A stretch of DNA of 64,000 nucleotides from Abditibacterium sp. Lineage in GTDB: Bacteria > Armatimonadota > Abditibacteriia > Abditibacteriales > Abditibacteriaceae. Where the stretch lies: assembly GCA_965246885.1 (NCBI GenBank), contig OZ251992.1, positions 1,088,001-1,152,000 on the forward strand, read 5' to 3'. Below are positions 9,651 to 18,406 of this stretch, piece by piece. Under the pieces are notes generated by a model. The model was not told the DNA's origin, did not search any database, and was given only the letters and a program-made list of their open reading frames with translations. Numbering within the stretch: position 1 is the first letter of the stretch; each line of letters starts with the position of its first letter. Made by a program: the position numbers and the translations under genes.

Positions 9651-10171
9651 AGCGCATTGTCATAACCGGCGCCGAATCAACGGGCAAAACCACCCTCGCC
9701 CGTGAACTCGCCGCCCAGTTGGGCACCGTATGGGCGCCCGAAATGGCGCGGCATTATCTGGATGCCAAGGGACAATTAAGCGCGGACGACGTGTTGCCCA
9801 TCGCCTACGCCGCGCGCGCCATTGAACTCTGGCTCGAACCGGGCGCTCGCGAGTGGCTCATCTGCGACACCGACGCGCTTTCGACCATCGTTTACGCGAG
9901 GGAATACTACGGCGTCGCGCATCCCGAACTGGAGCGCCTGCTCCGCGAACGGCCCGCGATGCTGTATCTGCTCCTCGACACCGACGTTCAATGGACGCCC
10001 GACGAACGAGCAGGACAGCGACAGGGCGCCCAGTCCCGCGCCCGCTTCCACGAACTTTTCCGCGCCGAACTTGAAGCGCGCCGCTTGCCCTTTGAACTCA
10101 TCTCCGCGAACGGCGACTATGCGAAGCGTCTGGAATTGGCGTTTCGTTTGACCGCCGATGCACGCCGATAG
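9647..10171 (+). CDS. NadR-like ribosylnicotinamide kinase domain (AAA_28)
   Basis: RIVITGAESTGKTTL, PEMARHY, LICDTD, YLLLDTDVQW.PD; ATGA overlap with pnuC. Confidence 0.85.
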   Translation: MKRIVITGAESTGKTTLARELAAQLGTVWAPEMARHYLDAKGQLSADDVLPIAYAARAIELWLEPGAREWLICDTDALSTIVYAREYYGVAHPELERLLRERPAMLYLLLDTDVQWTPDERAGQRQGAQSRARFHELFRAELEARRLPFELISANGDYAKRLELAFRLTADARR

Positions 10172-10228
10172 GCGCCGATAAGAATCCAAGGAAAACATCG
10201 GCGTCTTTCCGCGTCCATCTGCGGTTAA
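10148..10228. repeat. Hairpin element built of 10-bp sub-repeats (family copy 1)
   Basis: ACCGCCGATG CACGCCGATA GGCGCCGATA-loop-CATCGGCGTC TTTCCGCGTC CATCTGCGGT; homologous in reverse orientation to 25394-25469. Confidence 0.75.
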
Positions 10229-10237
10229 ATGAATGGT

Positions 10238-11413
10238 ATGAAACATCGCAATCTCGCAGAAGCCACCGTCGCCGCTTTGGACGCCATTTTCCACAAGGGC
10301 GAAGTCGCCGCGCAGGTCGTCGAGCGCACAGTCGGCGCGCAAGTGAAGTGGGGCAAGCGCGACCGCAACCAGTTTGTCGAGGCGGTTTATGAAGTTGTGC
10401 GCTGGCGGCGCCTACTGGAATGGACGGCAGGACGCGCTGATTCGTGGGCGCTGTTAGGCGCGTTCTTGACGCGGCGCGGCGAACAGTTGGCGCAGTGGCC
10501 GGAATGGGCGACACTTGATACTGAAGCGATGCGCGCACGGTTTCAGTCGCCGGATTTGCCGCGCGCACTGCGGGAATCCATACCCGAATGGCTCGACGAC
10601 TACGGCGCCGCGCAACTCGGCGCGCGCTGGGACGCGGATCTATCGGCCTTGAACAAAGAAGCGCCCGTCATTCTTCGCGCTAACACGCTCTTGAGTTCGC
10701 GCGACGAAGTGCGGCGCGAATTGGCGCGGCAGAACATCGAATCCTCTCCCGTCGAAGAGTTGCCTGATGCGCTGCAACTGGTGGGGCGGCCCAAGCTGTC
10801 TTCGCTCGAATTGTTCCGGCGCGGCGCGTTCGAGGTGCAAGACGCCGCTTCTCAACTCGTCGCGCCGTTTTTGGAAGTCGCGCCGGGACACAACGTCGTG
10901 GACGCTTGCGCCGGGGCGGGCGGCAAAACGCTGCATTTCGCGGCGCTCCTCCACAACGACGGCAAGCTGCTCGCGCTCGATGTCTCGCAAGGCAAGTTGG
11001 ACGAATTAGAACGCCGCGCCCGCCGCGCGTCCGCCCACGTCGTCGCGCGCCGCCCCGATAAAAAGTTGCTGCGCGACTCGCGCGCTTTTGCCGACCGCTT
11101 GCTCCTCGATATGCCCTGTTCAGGGAGTGGCACCCTGCGCCGCCAACCCGACTTAAAATGGCGCCTCAGCCCCGATTTCCTCGCGCAGTTGGCCGAAACG
11201 CGCCGCCAAATCTTGCTGGCTTACACGCCCCTGCTGCGTCCCGGTGGCAAGCTGGTCTACGCGACCTGCTCCGTCTTCCCCGACGAAAACGAGTGCGCCG
11301 TCGCCGCCTTTCTCGCCGATAACCCCGCCTTTGAACTCGAAGCCGAGCGCACCATTTCCCCCGCCCAGACCGGCTACGACGGCTTTTACATGGCGCGACT
11401 GGCGAAGAAATAA
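10238..11413 (+). CDS. RsmB/NOP-family SAM-dependent RNA m5C methyltransferase
   Basis: FEVQDAASQL, VVDACAGAGGKT, LLDMPCSGSG..RRQPD, LVYATCS...ENE. Confidence 0.9.
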   Translation: MKHRNLAEATVAALDAIFHKGEVAAQVVERTVGAQVKWGKRDRNQFVEAVYEVVRWRRLLEWTAGRADSWALLGAFLTRRGEQLAQWPEWATLDTEAMRARFQSPDLPRALRESIPEWLDDYGAAQLGARWDADLSALNKEAPVILRANTLLSSRDEVRRELARQNIESSPVEELPDALQLVGRPKLSSLELFRRGAFEVQDAASQLVAPFLEVAPGHNVVDACAGAGGKTLHFAALLHNDGKLLALDVSQGKLDELERRARRASAHVVARRPDKKLLRDSRAFADRLLLDMPCSGSGTLRRQPDLKWRLSPDFLAQLAETRRQILLAYTPLLRPGGKLVYATCSVFPDENECAVAAFLADNPAFELEAERTISPAQTGYDGFYMARLAKK

Positions 11414-11437
11414 ACTAAGGGGTAACTCTCCCACACC

Positions 11438-11734
11438 ATGAAACTCCCTCTTCTCCTCCTCTCCCTCCTCGCGGGCGCGCTATTAGGTTGGCTCAGCATC
11501 GTGGGCGGCATTTGGTTTTTGATGCCCGTCTTCTTAATCTGCGCGGGCATCGTCGCCATCAAGCTCGACGCCGCTTCGCGCTGGCGCATCGCGGCGTTTG
11601 GCGTCGGTTTGCTCGTGGTGTTCGCGCTGCAAGCGAACCAGTTCATCCAAACCATCACGCAAACTCACCGCGAACTCAAAGATCACAAAGTCACCATCAG
11701 CCCGCAGTTCAAGACGCCGCCGCGCGCGTTCTAA
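11438..11734 (+). CDS. Small membrane protein
   Basis: Three hydrophobic segments; its 3' end is duplicated at 13494-13533. Confidence 0.6.
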   Translation: MKLPLLLLSLLAGALLGWLSIVGGIWFLMPVFLICAGIVAIKLDAASRWRIAAFGVGLLVVFALQANQFIQTITQTHRELKDHKVTISPQFKTPPRAF

Positions 11735-11737
11735 GGC
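11698..11737 (+). repeat. 40-bp direct repeat, left copy (att-like)
   Basis: CAGCCCGCAGTTCAAGACGCCGCCGCGCGCGTTCTAAGGC; 39/40 identical to 13494-13533. Confidence 0.9.
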
Positions 11738-11912
11738 ACAAAACAGCCCCCCGCACCTTGTTTTCGCTTCGCTCGCCTTTGCCTAATGTAGTGATGGAGG
11801 CCCGCAAAGGAGATTGGTCGCAGCGGAAACAAATGACGGACATTAAGTTCTAAGCTGTAGTCGGCTTCGAGATGAAACAAGCTTGTTGCGCCGACGACGG
11901 AGTACAAACCAA

Positions 11913-13436
11913 ATGAACTACTTCCGCAAACACAATACCCGCACACCTCTTCTCGCCGTCGCGTTGATGGCTTCGCTGTGCGCATCGGCTACGCCGCCTG
12001 CGTCCGCGCAATTCGTCGCTCCTTATGGCAGTGGCTACCAAGGCGCAGATGGGATGCAATACAACTCCATGCAAGGTGCGACTATGAGCGTGATGCTGCA
12101 AGGAATGCAGAACATGAGCATGATGCGCTCTTCGATGTATTCGAGCATGAGAAGTTACCACTCGCGCCGCACGCTTTCGGGCGAAGAGTTGCAAGCGCGT
12201 CGCGGTCAGCGCCTGATCAAAGCAGGGCGCGCAACACTTAAATTTCCCATGCGCGCGTGGCCTTCCAATTATTGGATGGCGAACACGCGCGTGAATACAA
12301 GCGTGCCCGCCGCACAAGACCGGCGCACGCGTAGTTCGGGGATGCAGTTGCAGCGCGCCGAGTTCGCTCGTCAAGTCAAAGTGCACGGCGCGCAGTGGGG
12401 CGATATGGCCGACATGATGGCCATTGCAACTGTAATTGCCGTCGAATCTTATACCGGTCGCAAAGTTAACAATGCCGGATTTCGCGCGCAATCGGCGATT
12501 TGGCGCCGCGCGTGGCTCAAAGACGCTTATTTTCAAGGCCGCACCGTTGCCGACAAGCAAAAGTTTTATGAAGGCCAGATTTTACTCGGCGGCACCTATC
12601 CTTGGTGGCTACGCAACGTCAAAGGCGATAGGGCCAACGCCAAAAAACACGCCGCGCGCTTCTTCGATGAGTGGTATAAAGACAAAACTCCCGGCCTTTT
12701 GCGCGACTATGTCAAATATCTGACTGGCAACGGTAGTGATGTACGACTCGCCAGTGCGCCGGTGCCTGCGGGCACTTCCACTGCGACTATCGTTACCGAT
12801 GATACGCCCGATGCGCCGCAAATGACCATCGCACAAGCCAGCGCGTTTGTGCAATACGAACCGGTCGCGCCCAGCGTGTTACCCACGTTGCTCATCGCTC
12901 GATCAAACCGAACCGACCGCCAAAAATCGCTCCAGTTATACGAGGACATAGTTAAAGCGGGCCGCGAAAACTTCCAAAAGCTGTTCGTTTCCGCCAACCA
13001 TCGCCGCGAAGATGTCGCCGACGGTCTAACCTTCGCTTTGATGACGTTCTACTAATTTGAAGCGTCAGCCGCGACGCCCATCGCGGGTCTAACCTTCGCT
13101 TTGATGACGTTCTACACCGCTTATAAAACCGATTCAGGCAACATCTCCGAAGCCGGATTCACGCCGGAAAAGCTGCGGGGCTTGACCCGGCAAATAACGC
13201 TGATGCTGGCTGGTAACCCCAAGTTTCGCGCGCAAAACGCCAGACAAAAACAAACTTTGTTCGAGGGAGCGCTGATGATGGCCATGATTGTCGGGCACCT
13301 CAACGGCCAAGCCCAAAAAACTGGCGACGCCAAACTGCGCACGCAAGCCAAACAATCCGCCCGCAAAGCCTTCAGCTTTATCGTCGGCAAAATGCCCGAT
13401 CAAGTACGACTTTCTGATAATGGTCTCGTGTTTTAA
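11913..13436 (+). pseudogene. Secreted protein with two internally homologous helical domains (DUF6683-like), interrupted by an in-frame 63-bp insertion carrying TAA
   Basis: ORFs 11913-13055 and 13101-13436 are in the same frame; signal peptide; repeated D(M/V)AD...Y...KQ.(F/L)(Y/F)EG motif; removing one repeat plus spacer restores one ORF. The DUF call is from recall and uncertain. Confidence 0.7.
13023..13115 (+). repeat. Exact 30-bp direct repeat flanking a 33-bp unique spacer
   Basis: GGTCTAACCTTCGCTTTGATGACGTTCTAC at 13023-13052 and 13086-13115; spacer TAATTTGAAGCGTCAGCCGCGACGCCCATCGCG. Confidence 0.95.
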
Positions 13437-13493
13437 GCGGCTCCCGTGAGCGCCTGCAAATAAACGATAAAGATCGGAGCGGGCCGCTTCGTG

Positions 13494-13533
13494 CAGCCCG
13501 CAGTTCAAGACGCCGCCCCGCGCGTTCTAAGGC
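13494..13533 (+). repeat. 40-bp direct repeat, right copy (att-like)
   Basis: CAGCCCGCAGTTCAAGACGCCGCCCCGCGCGTTCTAAGGC; matches 11698-11737. Confidence 0.9.
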
Positions 13534-13655
13534 GTACAGAGTTCAAGCCGTTCTGAAAATATCCCAAGCCAATGGCGAGGATAGTGTCATGCTTGCCGCG
13601 TTGCACCGGGAAAACCCTTGATTTTGGGGTGAACCGGCAGCTATTAGGGCTAACC

Positions 13656-14867
13656 ATGAACATCGGAACCAAGAAATTATTTGATACCTTCCTTTTCGCG
13701 CGGGCGGGTGCCACAACCGCCAAGAAAGACCCGCCCGTTTTCCCCTTGGTCATCGGGCAACAGGTAGAATTGTCCGCAAGCGCCGTGAGCGCGCGCGAAC
13801 TCATCGAGCGGCTGTGCTTTGAACGCTTTCATGGCGTGGTCTACTTTCAGGGCGAGGACGAGCGCGGCTTATTATTGGGCGTGGGTCTAATCGAAGGCGA
13901 CACAGTCACCAACGCCCTGTTTTCGGCGGGGCCGACGCAGTGGGTGGGCGCGGCGGCTTGGACGTTGCTGTGCGCGTCGGATGTGCCCTCGCAGTGCTTG
14001 GCGCTTCGCGTTGAAACCGGCCTCCTCCAAGCCTACAGCGCCCTGCTGTGCCAAACGCCCGCGACTTCCACGTCCGCCGACGCGCGCCGCCTCAAGGCCG
14101 CCGCCCTTACCATGCGCGACAAACGCGCGACCGGCGCCCTGCGCGTGAGTGCGCCCGACCAAACCCTGCTCCAGTTCTTCCACCGGGGCGAGTCGCTGGG
14201 CATTTACACCGTTGACGCCGACGGGCAACTGCTGCGCCGGGCCGAAGGCTTTGAAAGCGCGCCCCTTCCCAACCGTGCCAAGTTGGAAGTCTGGACGCGC
14301 GAGGCCCAATCGCTTTATCATTGCCTTAGCCCGTTTGACAGTCAGCGCACGGGCGTTCTGGCGTGCTTTCTCGATACCGCCTACGCGCTGGGCGCCAACC
14401 TCATGCCACCCGATGCGGTGCGCGCCAACTGGTGCGAAGCCGTCGCGGGCGTGACGCGCGACTTTCCTTGGCTGTCCGAGTTGGGCGAGCCGCGCCTTTT
14501 GGAAGCAACCCCGGCGCGGCGATTGGCAACCTTTCAACGCGCCTTCCGCGATGTGCGCGAAAAACCGGCGGATGTCGCGCGAAGCGCCGGGGCCGTTGTG
14601 GACGCCTTTCTGCTCCCGTTGGCGCGCGGAATCGGCGAGGAACTGTTCGCCGCGCAGTCGCTCCGTGCCCTGTCGCCCGCCGACCAACAGGCGCTCCGGG
14701 AAATGAACGTCGCCTCGCGTTGGCTGCGCGCCGATGCGGACATCGTCCCCGACGCTACCCCCGATGGCGCCGCAACAACCGACCGCGTTCTGAGTGCCGT
14801 TTCCGGCGTCCGCAATTCCAAAGCGACCCGCCGCGTCCGCTCCGACGTTTCCGGCTTCGACTTTTAA
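13656..14867 (+). CDS. Hypothetical protein, probably co-transcribed with the folD-like gene
   Basis: Long ORF with host-like codon usage ending 18 nt before folD. Confidence 0.65.
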   Translation: MNIGTKKLFDTFLFARAGATTAKKDPPVFPLVIGQQVELSASAVSARELIERLCFERFHGVVYFQGEDERGLLLGVGLIEGDTVTNALFSAGPTQWVGAAAWTLLCASDVPSQCLALRVETGLLQAYSALLCQTPATSTSADARRLKAAALTMRDKRATGALRVSAPDQTLLQFFHRGESLGIYTVDADGQLLRRAEGFESAPLPNRAKLEVWTREAQSLYHCLSPFDSQRTGVLACFLDTAYALGANLMPPDAVRANWCEAVAGVTRDFPWLSELGEPRLLEATPARRLATFQRAFRDVREKPADVARSAGAVVDAFLLPLARGIGEELFAAQSLRALSPADQQALREMNVASRWLRADADIVPDATPDGAATTDRVLSAVSGVRNSKATRRVRSDVSGFDF

Positions 14868-14885
14868 CCCATCACCTTTTCCATC

Positions 14886-15752
14886 ATGCCTGCCACCATC
14901 TTAGATTCCCGCTTTATCGCGGCCCAAAAGCGCGACGAACTCGTGCCGCACCTCGAAACTTTCAAGGCCCACATCGGCTACGCGCCCGGTTTGGTCTTGC
15001 TTTGCATCGGCGACGACCCCGCGACCTTCGATTACATCCGCATCGCCGCCGCCCAAGCGCGCCGCGTTGGGATTCGCGCCGTCGGCCACGTCCTCAGCGA
15101 CAAGCTCTCCCTCGAAGAGATCGCCGAGCATATCGAATCGCTCAACGCCGACCCGAAAATCCACGCCGTCGCCCTGCAAACGCCGCTCCCGCCGCACCTG
15201 CACGTCGGCGAAGTCTCGTCCTTCATCCATCCCGACAAGGATGTCGAAGGCTACCACCCGATGAACGCGGGCTACATCCGCCGCAACTCGCCGCGCCTGA
15301 TTCCCACTCCCGCTTTGGGCGCCTTGCAACTGCTCGACGCTTACGGCATTGACCCATCCGGCATGCAAACCGTCATCGTCGGGCGCAACGCCATCATCGG
15401 CAAACCGCTTTCCACGCTCCTCATGGACGTGGACGCGACGGTTATGGTCGCGCATCGCGGCACCGCGAACCTGCAAAGTCTGATTTCCAACGCCGATTTG
15501 CTGATTTTAGGCGCCGCCGTTGACGGGGGATTGCCCGCCAGTTCGCTTAAACCGGGCGTGGTCATTCTCGATTTCGGCATGACCTACGTCGCCGACGGCG
15601 AAGCCGACAAATTGGTGGGCAACGTGGACTTCGACGAAGCCGTCCAAGTCGCCGGAGCCATCACCCCCATGCCCGGCGGCACCGGCCCCATGACCACCAT
15701 CTCGCTCCTCCAAAACACCCTCAAAGCCGCCCTGCTCCAAACCGGAAAGTAA
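14886..15752 (+). CDS. folD: Methylenetetrahydrofolate dehydrogenase/cyclohydrolase-like protein, divergent
   Basis: IGDDPA, LNADPKIHA..LQTPLP, PDKDVEG.HP.N.G, IVGRN.IIGKPL, GNVDF, ITPMPGGTGPMT. Confidence 0.8.
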   Translation: MPATILDSRFIAAQKRDELVPHLETFKAHIGYAPGLVLLCIGDDPATFDYIRIAAAQARRVGIRAVGHVLSDKLSLEEIAEHIESLNADPKIHAVALQTPLPPHLHVGEVSSFIHPDKDVEGYHPMNAGYIRRNSPRLIPTPALGALQLLDAYGIDPSGMQTVIVGRNAIIGKPLSTLLMDVDATVMVAHRGTANLQSLISNADLLILGAAVDGGLPASSLKPGVVILDFGMTYVADGEADKLVGNVDFDEAVQVAGAITPMPGGTGPMTTISLLQNTLKAALLQTGK

Positions 15753-15758
15753 TTCCTC

Positions 15759-15933
15759 TACCTATCTCCCCGGAAGAACGAGGTAACTCTTCCGGGGAAA
15801 TAGGTAAATCTTCCGGAGAAATAGGTAATCTTCCCCCGATTTACCTATTTCCCTGACCAAAACAGGTAAATCAACGAAAGAAAGAGGTATTTCTCCCGGA
15901 GAAATACCTCTTTCTTTCGCTCGTGGAGGTAAT
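15759..15933. repeat. Intergenic array with 21-bp period and inverted units
   Basis: AGGTA(A/T) at 15781, 15802, 15823, 15864, 15885, 15927; inverted TACCT near 15759, 15842, 15905; perfect 21-bp stem CGAAAGAAAGAGGTATTTCTC-CCG-GAGAAATACCTCTTTCTTTCG. Confidence 0.75.
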
Positions 15934-16044
15934 TCCCCGCGCCGCCGCCCTCCGCCAACGCGCCGCCGACGAAACTAATCTGCCCAATTCCTCCTCATAC
16001 TAACCCCACGCCAACAGGCGAACAATGGACGAGAACCAAACGCC

Positions 16045-16242
16045 ATGAAAGAAGCACTTTTCGCGGGCCAAGGGCCGCTGACTGAGGACGAAGCCAAAGC
16101 CGAAATTGACCGTTTGGCGCGAGAAATCGCCGGAATGTTGGAGCGCGCCAAGCGTAACTCCGAATAAGCGAACCGCATGGGCCAACAAAACCGCGCCAAA
16201 CTCGCTGAGATGGAGAAGATTCTGGCGTGCTGGAACGATTAA
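16045..16242 (+). pseudogene. Small coiled-coil protein A (KAEIDRL family) with internal stop
   Basis: [67 protein letters not shown] at 16165-16167; homologous to 23031-23231; absent from the ORF track. Confidence 0.65.
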
Positions 16243-16439
16243 TCGGCTGGTTCCGCTTTGGGTGGGACGCGGGCAAAACTCTGGAATCGCACGGTGAGTT
16301 CCTTGAGGAACTTCGGGAAAGCGACAAAGACACTCTCGCCGCAATGCAAGTCCTCGCCGTCCAGAACCAGCAGTTGCGCGACGAACTGCGCCACGAGCGC
16401 GAGCTTCGGCAAAGTGTCACCGCGCTTGCGCGCGGCTAA
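16227..16439 (+). CDS. Small coiled-coil protein B (MLERL..WDAG family), apparently C-terminally truncated
   Basis: [17 protein letters not shown] aligns to 23212-23538 MLERLFSLFRLLWDAGA; overlaps gene A by 16 nt; GGAGA upstream. Confidence 0.65.
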   Translation: MLERLIGWFRFGWDAGKTLESHGEFLEELRESDKDTLAAMQVLAVQNQQLRDELRHERELRQSVTALARG

Positions 16440-16464
16440 ATTTTGTGGGATACATAAAGGCCGT

Positions 16465-17226
16465 ATGAAAACTTCAGAACTGGTTAAAGAAATCGTTGCC
16501 GATGAACTTGCTGCCGACCCAGCTATCGTCACCCTCAAAGCGCGATTCGTTGAAGATTTAGGCGCTGATTCTCTTGATGTCGTTGAGTTGGTTATGCGTG
16601 TCGAGGAAGAGTTTGAAATCGAGATCTCTGATGAAGACGCGGAGCCAATCTCTACAGTTGGTCAAGCCATCAAATATGTCGAAAGCAAAGTCGGAGTTAC
16701 TACTGATGAACCAAGAGCAGAGAAAATAAAGACAGCAAGGAGACAATCAGTAGACGTTGCCCCTCCTCTTGAGAAGCGAACAGTAGTTTTGGATGACTCG
16801 GAAGATGCTGGAAGCTTTCCACCCGAAAACAACGTTGATAGTAGAAGGCGTATTCCATCTTCTGTTGTCATGCGGCGTGGGCAGCCAGCGTTCAGGCAGG
16901 CGCTTCTTGAAATCTATAACGGGCACTGCGCCATAACGGGATACAATGCAGTTGAAGCATTAGAGGCCGCGCACATCCGCCCCTTTCGCGGCGAACACAC
17001 CGACCATTCCACCAATGGTTTGTTACTCCGTGCCGACATTCACACTCTGTTCGACCTTCACTTGATTAGCGTTGACACCAAGACTATGACTATCTTGCTT
17101 TCTCCTGAACTACTGAAGACCAGCTATCGAATTTTGGCTGGTAAGTCTTTGAGGTTGCCGAAAAATGAGGATTTCCACCCAAGCAAAGAGGCTTTGGAAG
17201 AGCATCGCAAGCAGATGGAAGATTAA
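16465..17226 (+). CDS. Acyl carrier protein - HNH endonuclease fusion
   Basis: N-term [34 protein letters not shown] (AcpP-type, Ppant Ser intact); C-term [20 protein letters not shown]...LEAAHIRP.....[14 protein letters not shown] (HNH_2-type); single continuous ORF, lower GC. Confidence 0.9.
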   Translation: MKTSELVKEIVADELAADPAIVTLKARFVEDLGADSLDVVELVMRVEEEFEIEISDEDAEPISTVGQAIKYVESKVGVTTDEPRAEKIKTARRQSVDVAPPLEKRTVVLDDSEDAGSFPPENNVDSRRRIPSSVVMRRGQPAFRQALLEIYNGHCAITGYNAVEALEAAHIRPFRGEHTDHSTNGLLLRADIHTLFDLHLISVDTKTMTILLSPELLKTSYRILAGKSLRLPKNEDFHPSKEALEEHRKQMED

Positions 17227-17290
17227 CTATATTCTCGAAGCCGACACAGATTCTACGACATGGTAGTATTATCAAAGAGGATTCAAATCA

Positions 17291-18340
17291 ATGGGTTTTA
17301 AAAAATACGACGACGCAGGAAAATGGGCAGAAAGTTTTCTGCCGAGTTCGCGGGACATTGCCACTGCTTACCGCCGCGCTCACAGAGCGGCAGTGAGCAA
17401 CCAACGACGTGCTGAGAGGGCGTCGTTGCAACAGCACCGCGCACTGCTAAAGCAACAGGCTCAGATGGCCAAGATGCAAGAGAAACAACGTGCCGCTTAT
17501 GAGGTGGAAGTCTTTGAGAACCGCTTGGCGGTGCTTGTTTCTGTTCATCAAGAATGCGGAGAATCTCTTGATTGGAGCGCCATTGCTCAGGAGCCATCTC
17601 CGGTAGCGCCCATTCGTTCTGATGATTACGAGAGGCAAGCCCGTGAGTTAGCTACTCAGTATCACCCCGGTTTCTTCGTGAAGCTGTTTGGGCAAGAGCA
17701 GAAGCAACGCGACGTTTTAGAAGTTCGTGTCCAACAAGCCATAGTGGAAGACGAGCGCAAACACCAAGAGTTATTGCAGCAACATGGGAAGGAAAAAGCA
17801 GAGTGGGAAACCGAGCGCGATTTAGCTACTCGTATTCTCAAAGGAGAGTGGAAAGCCTATCTTGAAGCTGTTGCCTTGACTAAACCCTTTGCCGATGTTG
17901 AGGAGTTAGGTAGCCACCTCACGATGGTTCAAGGGCGAAAAAATCAGATTGAAGTAAGGCTGCAAGTCAGGAGTGAACGAGTCATTCCACTCGAAATCAA
18001 GAGCCTTCTCAAGAGTGGCAAGGTATCTTCCAAGAAGATGCCAGAGGGACGCTTCAACGAGCTTTATCAGGATTATGTTTGCGGATGCTTGTTCCGCGTC
18101 GCGCGCGAATTATTTGCCCTTCTTCCTGTTCAGACTATTGTCATCAACTGCTATGGAAGTTTGTTCGATTCTTCCACAGGAAGTAGAGATGAGATTTGTC
18201 TGTTGTCGGCTAAAATGCCGCGTGATGTCATAGAGGTTCTGAATTTCTCTCTTCTCGACCCTTCCGATGCCTTGAGCAATTTTCCCCACCGAATGGACTT
18301 CAAAAAATTGAAGGGGTTCTCCGAAGTCGAGCCGATGTAG
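17291..18340 (+). CDS. Hypothetical coiled-coil protein resembling DUF4236-associated or Mrr-fusion N-terminal regions
   Basis: Lower GC; coiled-coil N-terminus; YQDYVCGCLFRVARELFALLPV...LNF..LDPSDALSNFPHRMDFKK.KGF motif recalled from such families (uncertain). Confidence 0.7.
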   Translation: MGFKKYDDAGKWAESFLPSSRDIATAYRRAHRAAVSNQRRAERASLQQHRALLKQQAQMAKMQEKQRAAYEVEVFENRLAVLVSVHQECGESLDWSAIAQEPSPVAPIRSDDYERQARELATQYHPGFFVKLFGQEQKQRDVLEVRVQQAIVEDERKHQELLQQHGKEKAEWETERDLATRILKGEWKAYLEAVALTKPFADVEELGSHLTMVQGRKNQIEVRLQVRSERVIPLEIKSLLKSGKVSSKKMPEGRFNELYQDYVCGCLFRVARELFALLPVQTIVINCYGSLFDSSTGSRDEICLLSAKMPRDVIEVLNFSLLDPSDALSNFPHRMDFKKLKGFSEVEPM

Positions 18341-18355
18341 TTAGAGCAAACCAGA

Positions 18356-18390
18356 ACAGCCCGCCGAAAACTCGGCGGGCTGTCGTTTTT
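18356..18390. terminator. Intrinsic terminator between convergent genes
   Basis: ACAGCCCGCCGA-AAAC-TCGGCGGGCTGT followed by CGTTTTT. Confidence 0.75.
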
Positions 18391-18406
18391 CTGGCTTCAA
18401 GCCAAC

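Noticed and set aside
13024..13030. Integron attC site (GTCTAAC matches RYYYAAC)
   Set aside because: No complementary GTTRRRY end or attC fold-back found, and no integron integrase
13023..13115. Bona fide CRISPR array
   Set aside because: Only two repeats, the repeat is in-frame coding sequence of the host gene, and there is no leader or cas gene in the window; kept only as a possible off-target integration scar
16258..16464. N-terminal extension of ACP-HNH in the ORF track (322 aa)
   Set aside because: Overlaps microprotein B in another frame; the ATG at 16465 with AAAGG upstream matches the ACP start and the compositional boundary
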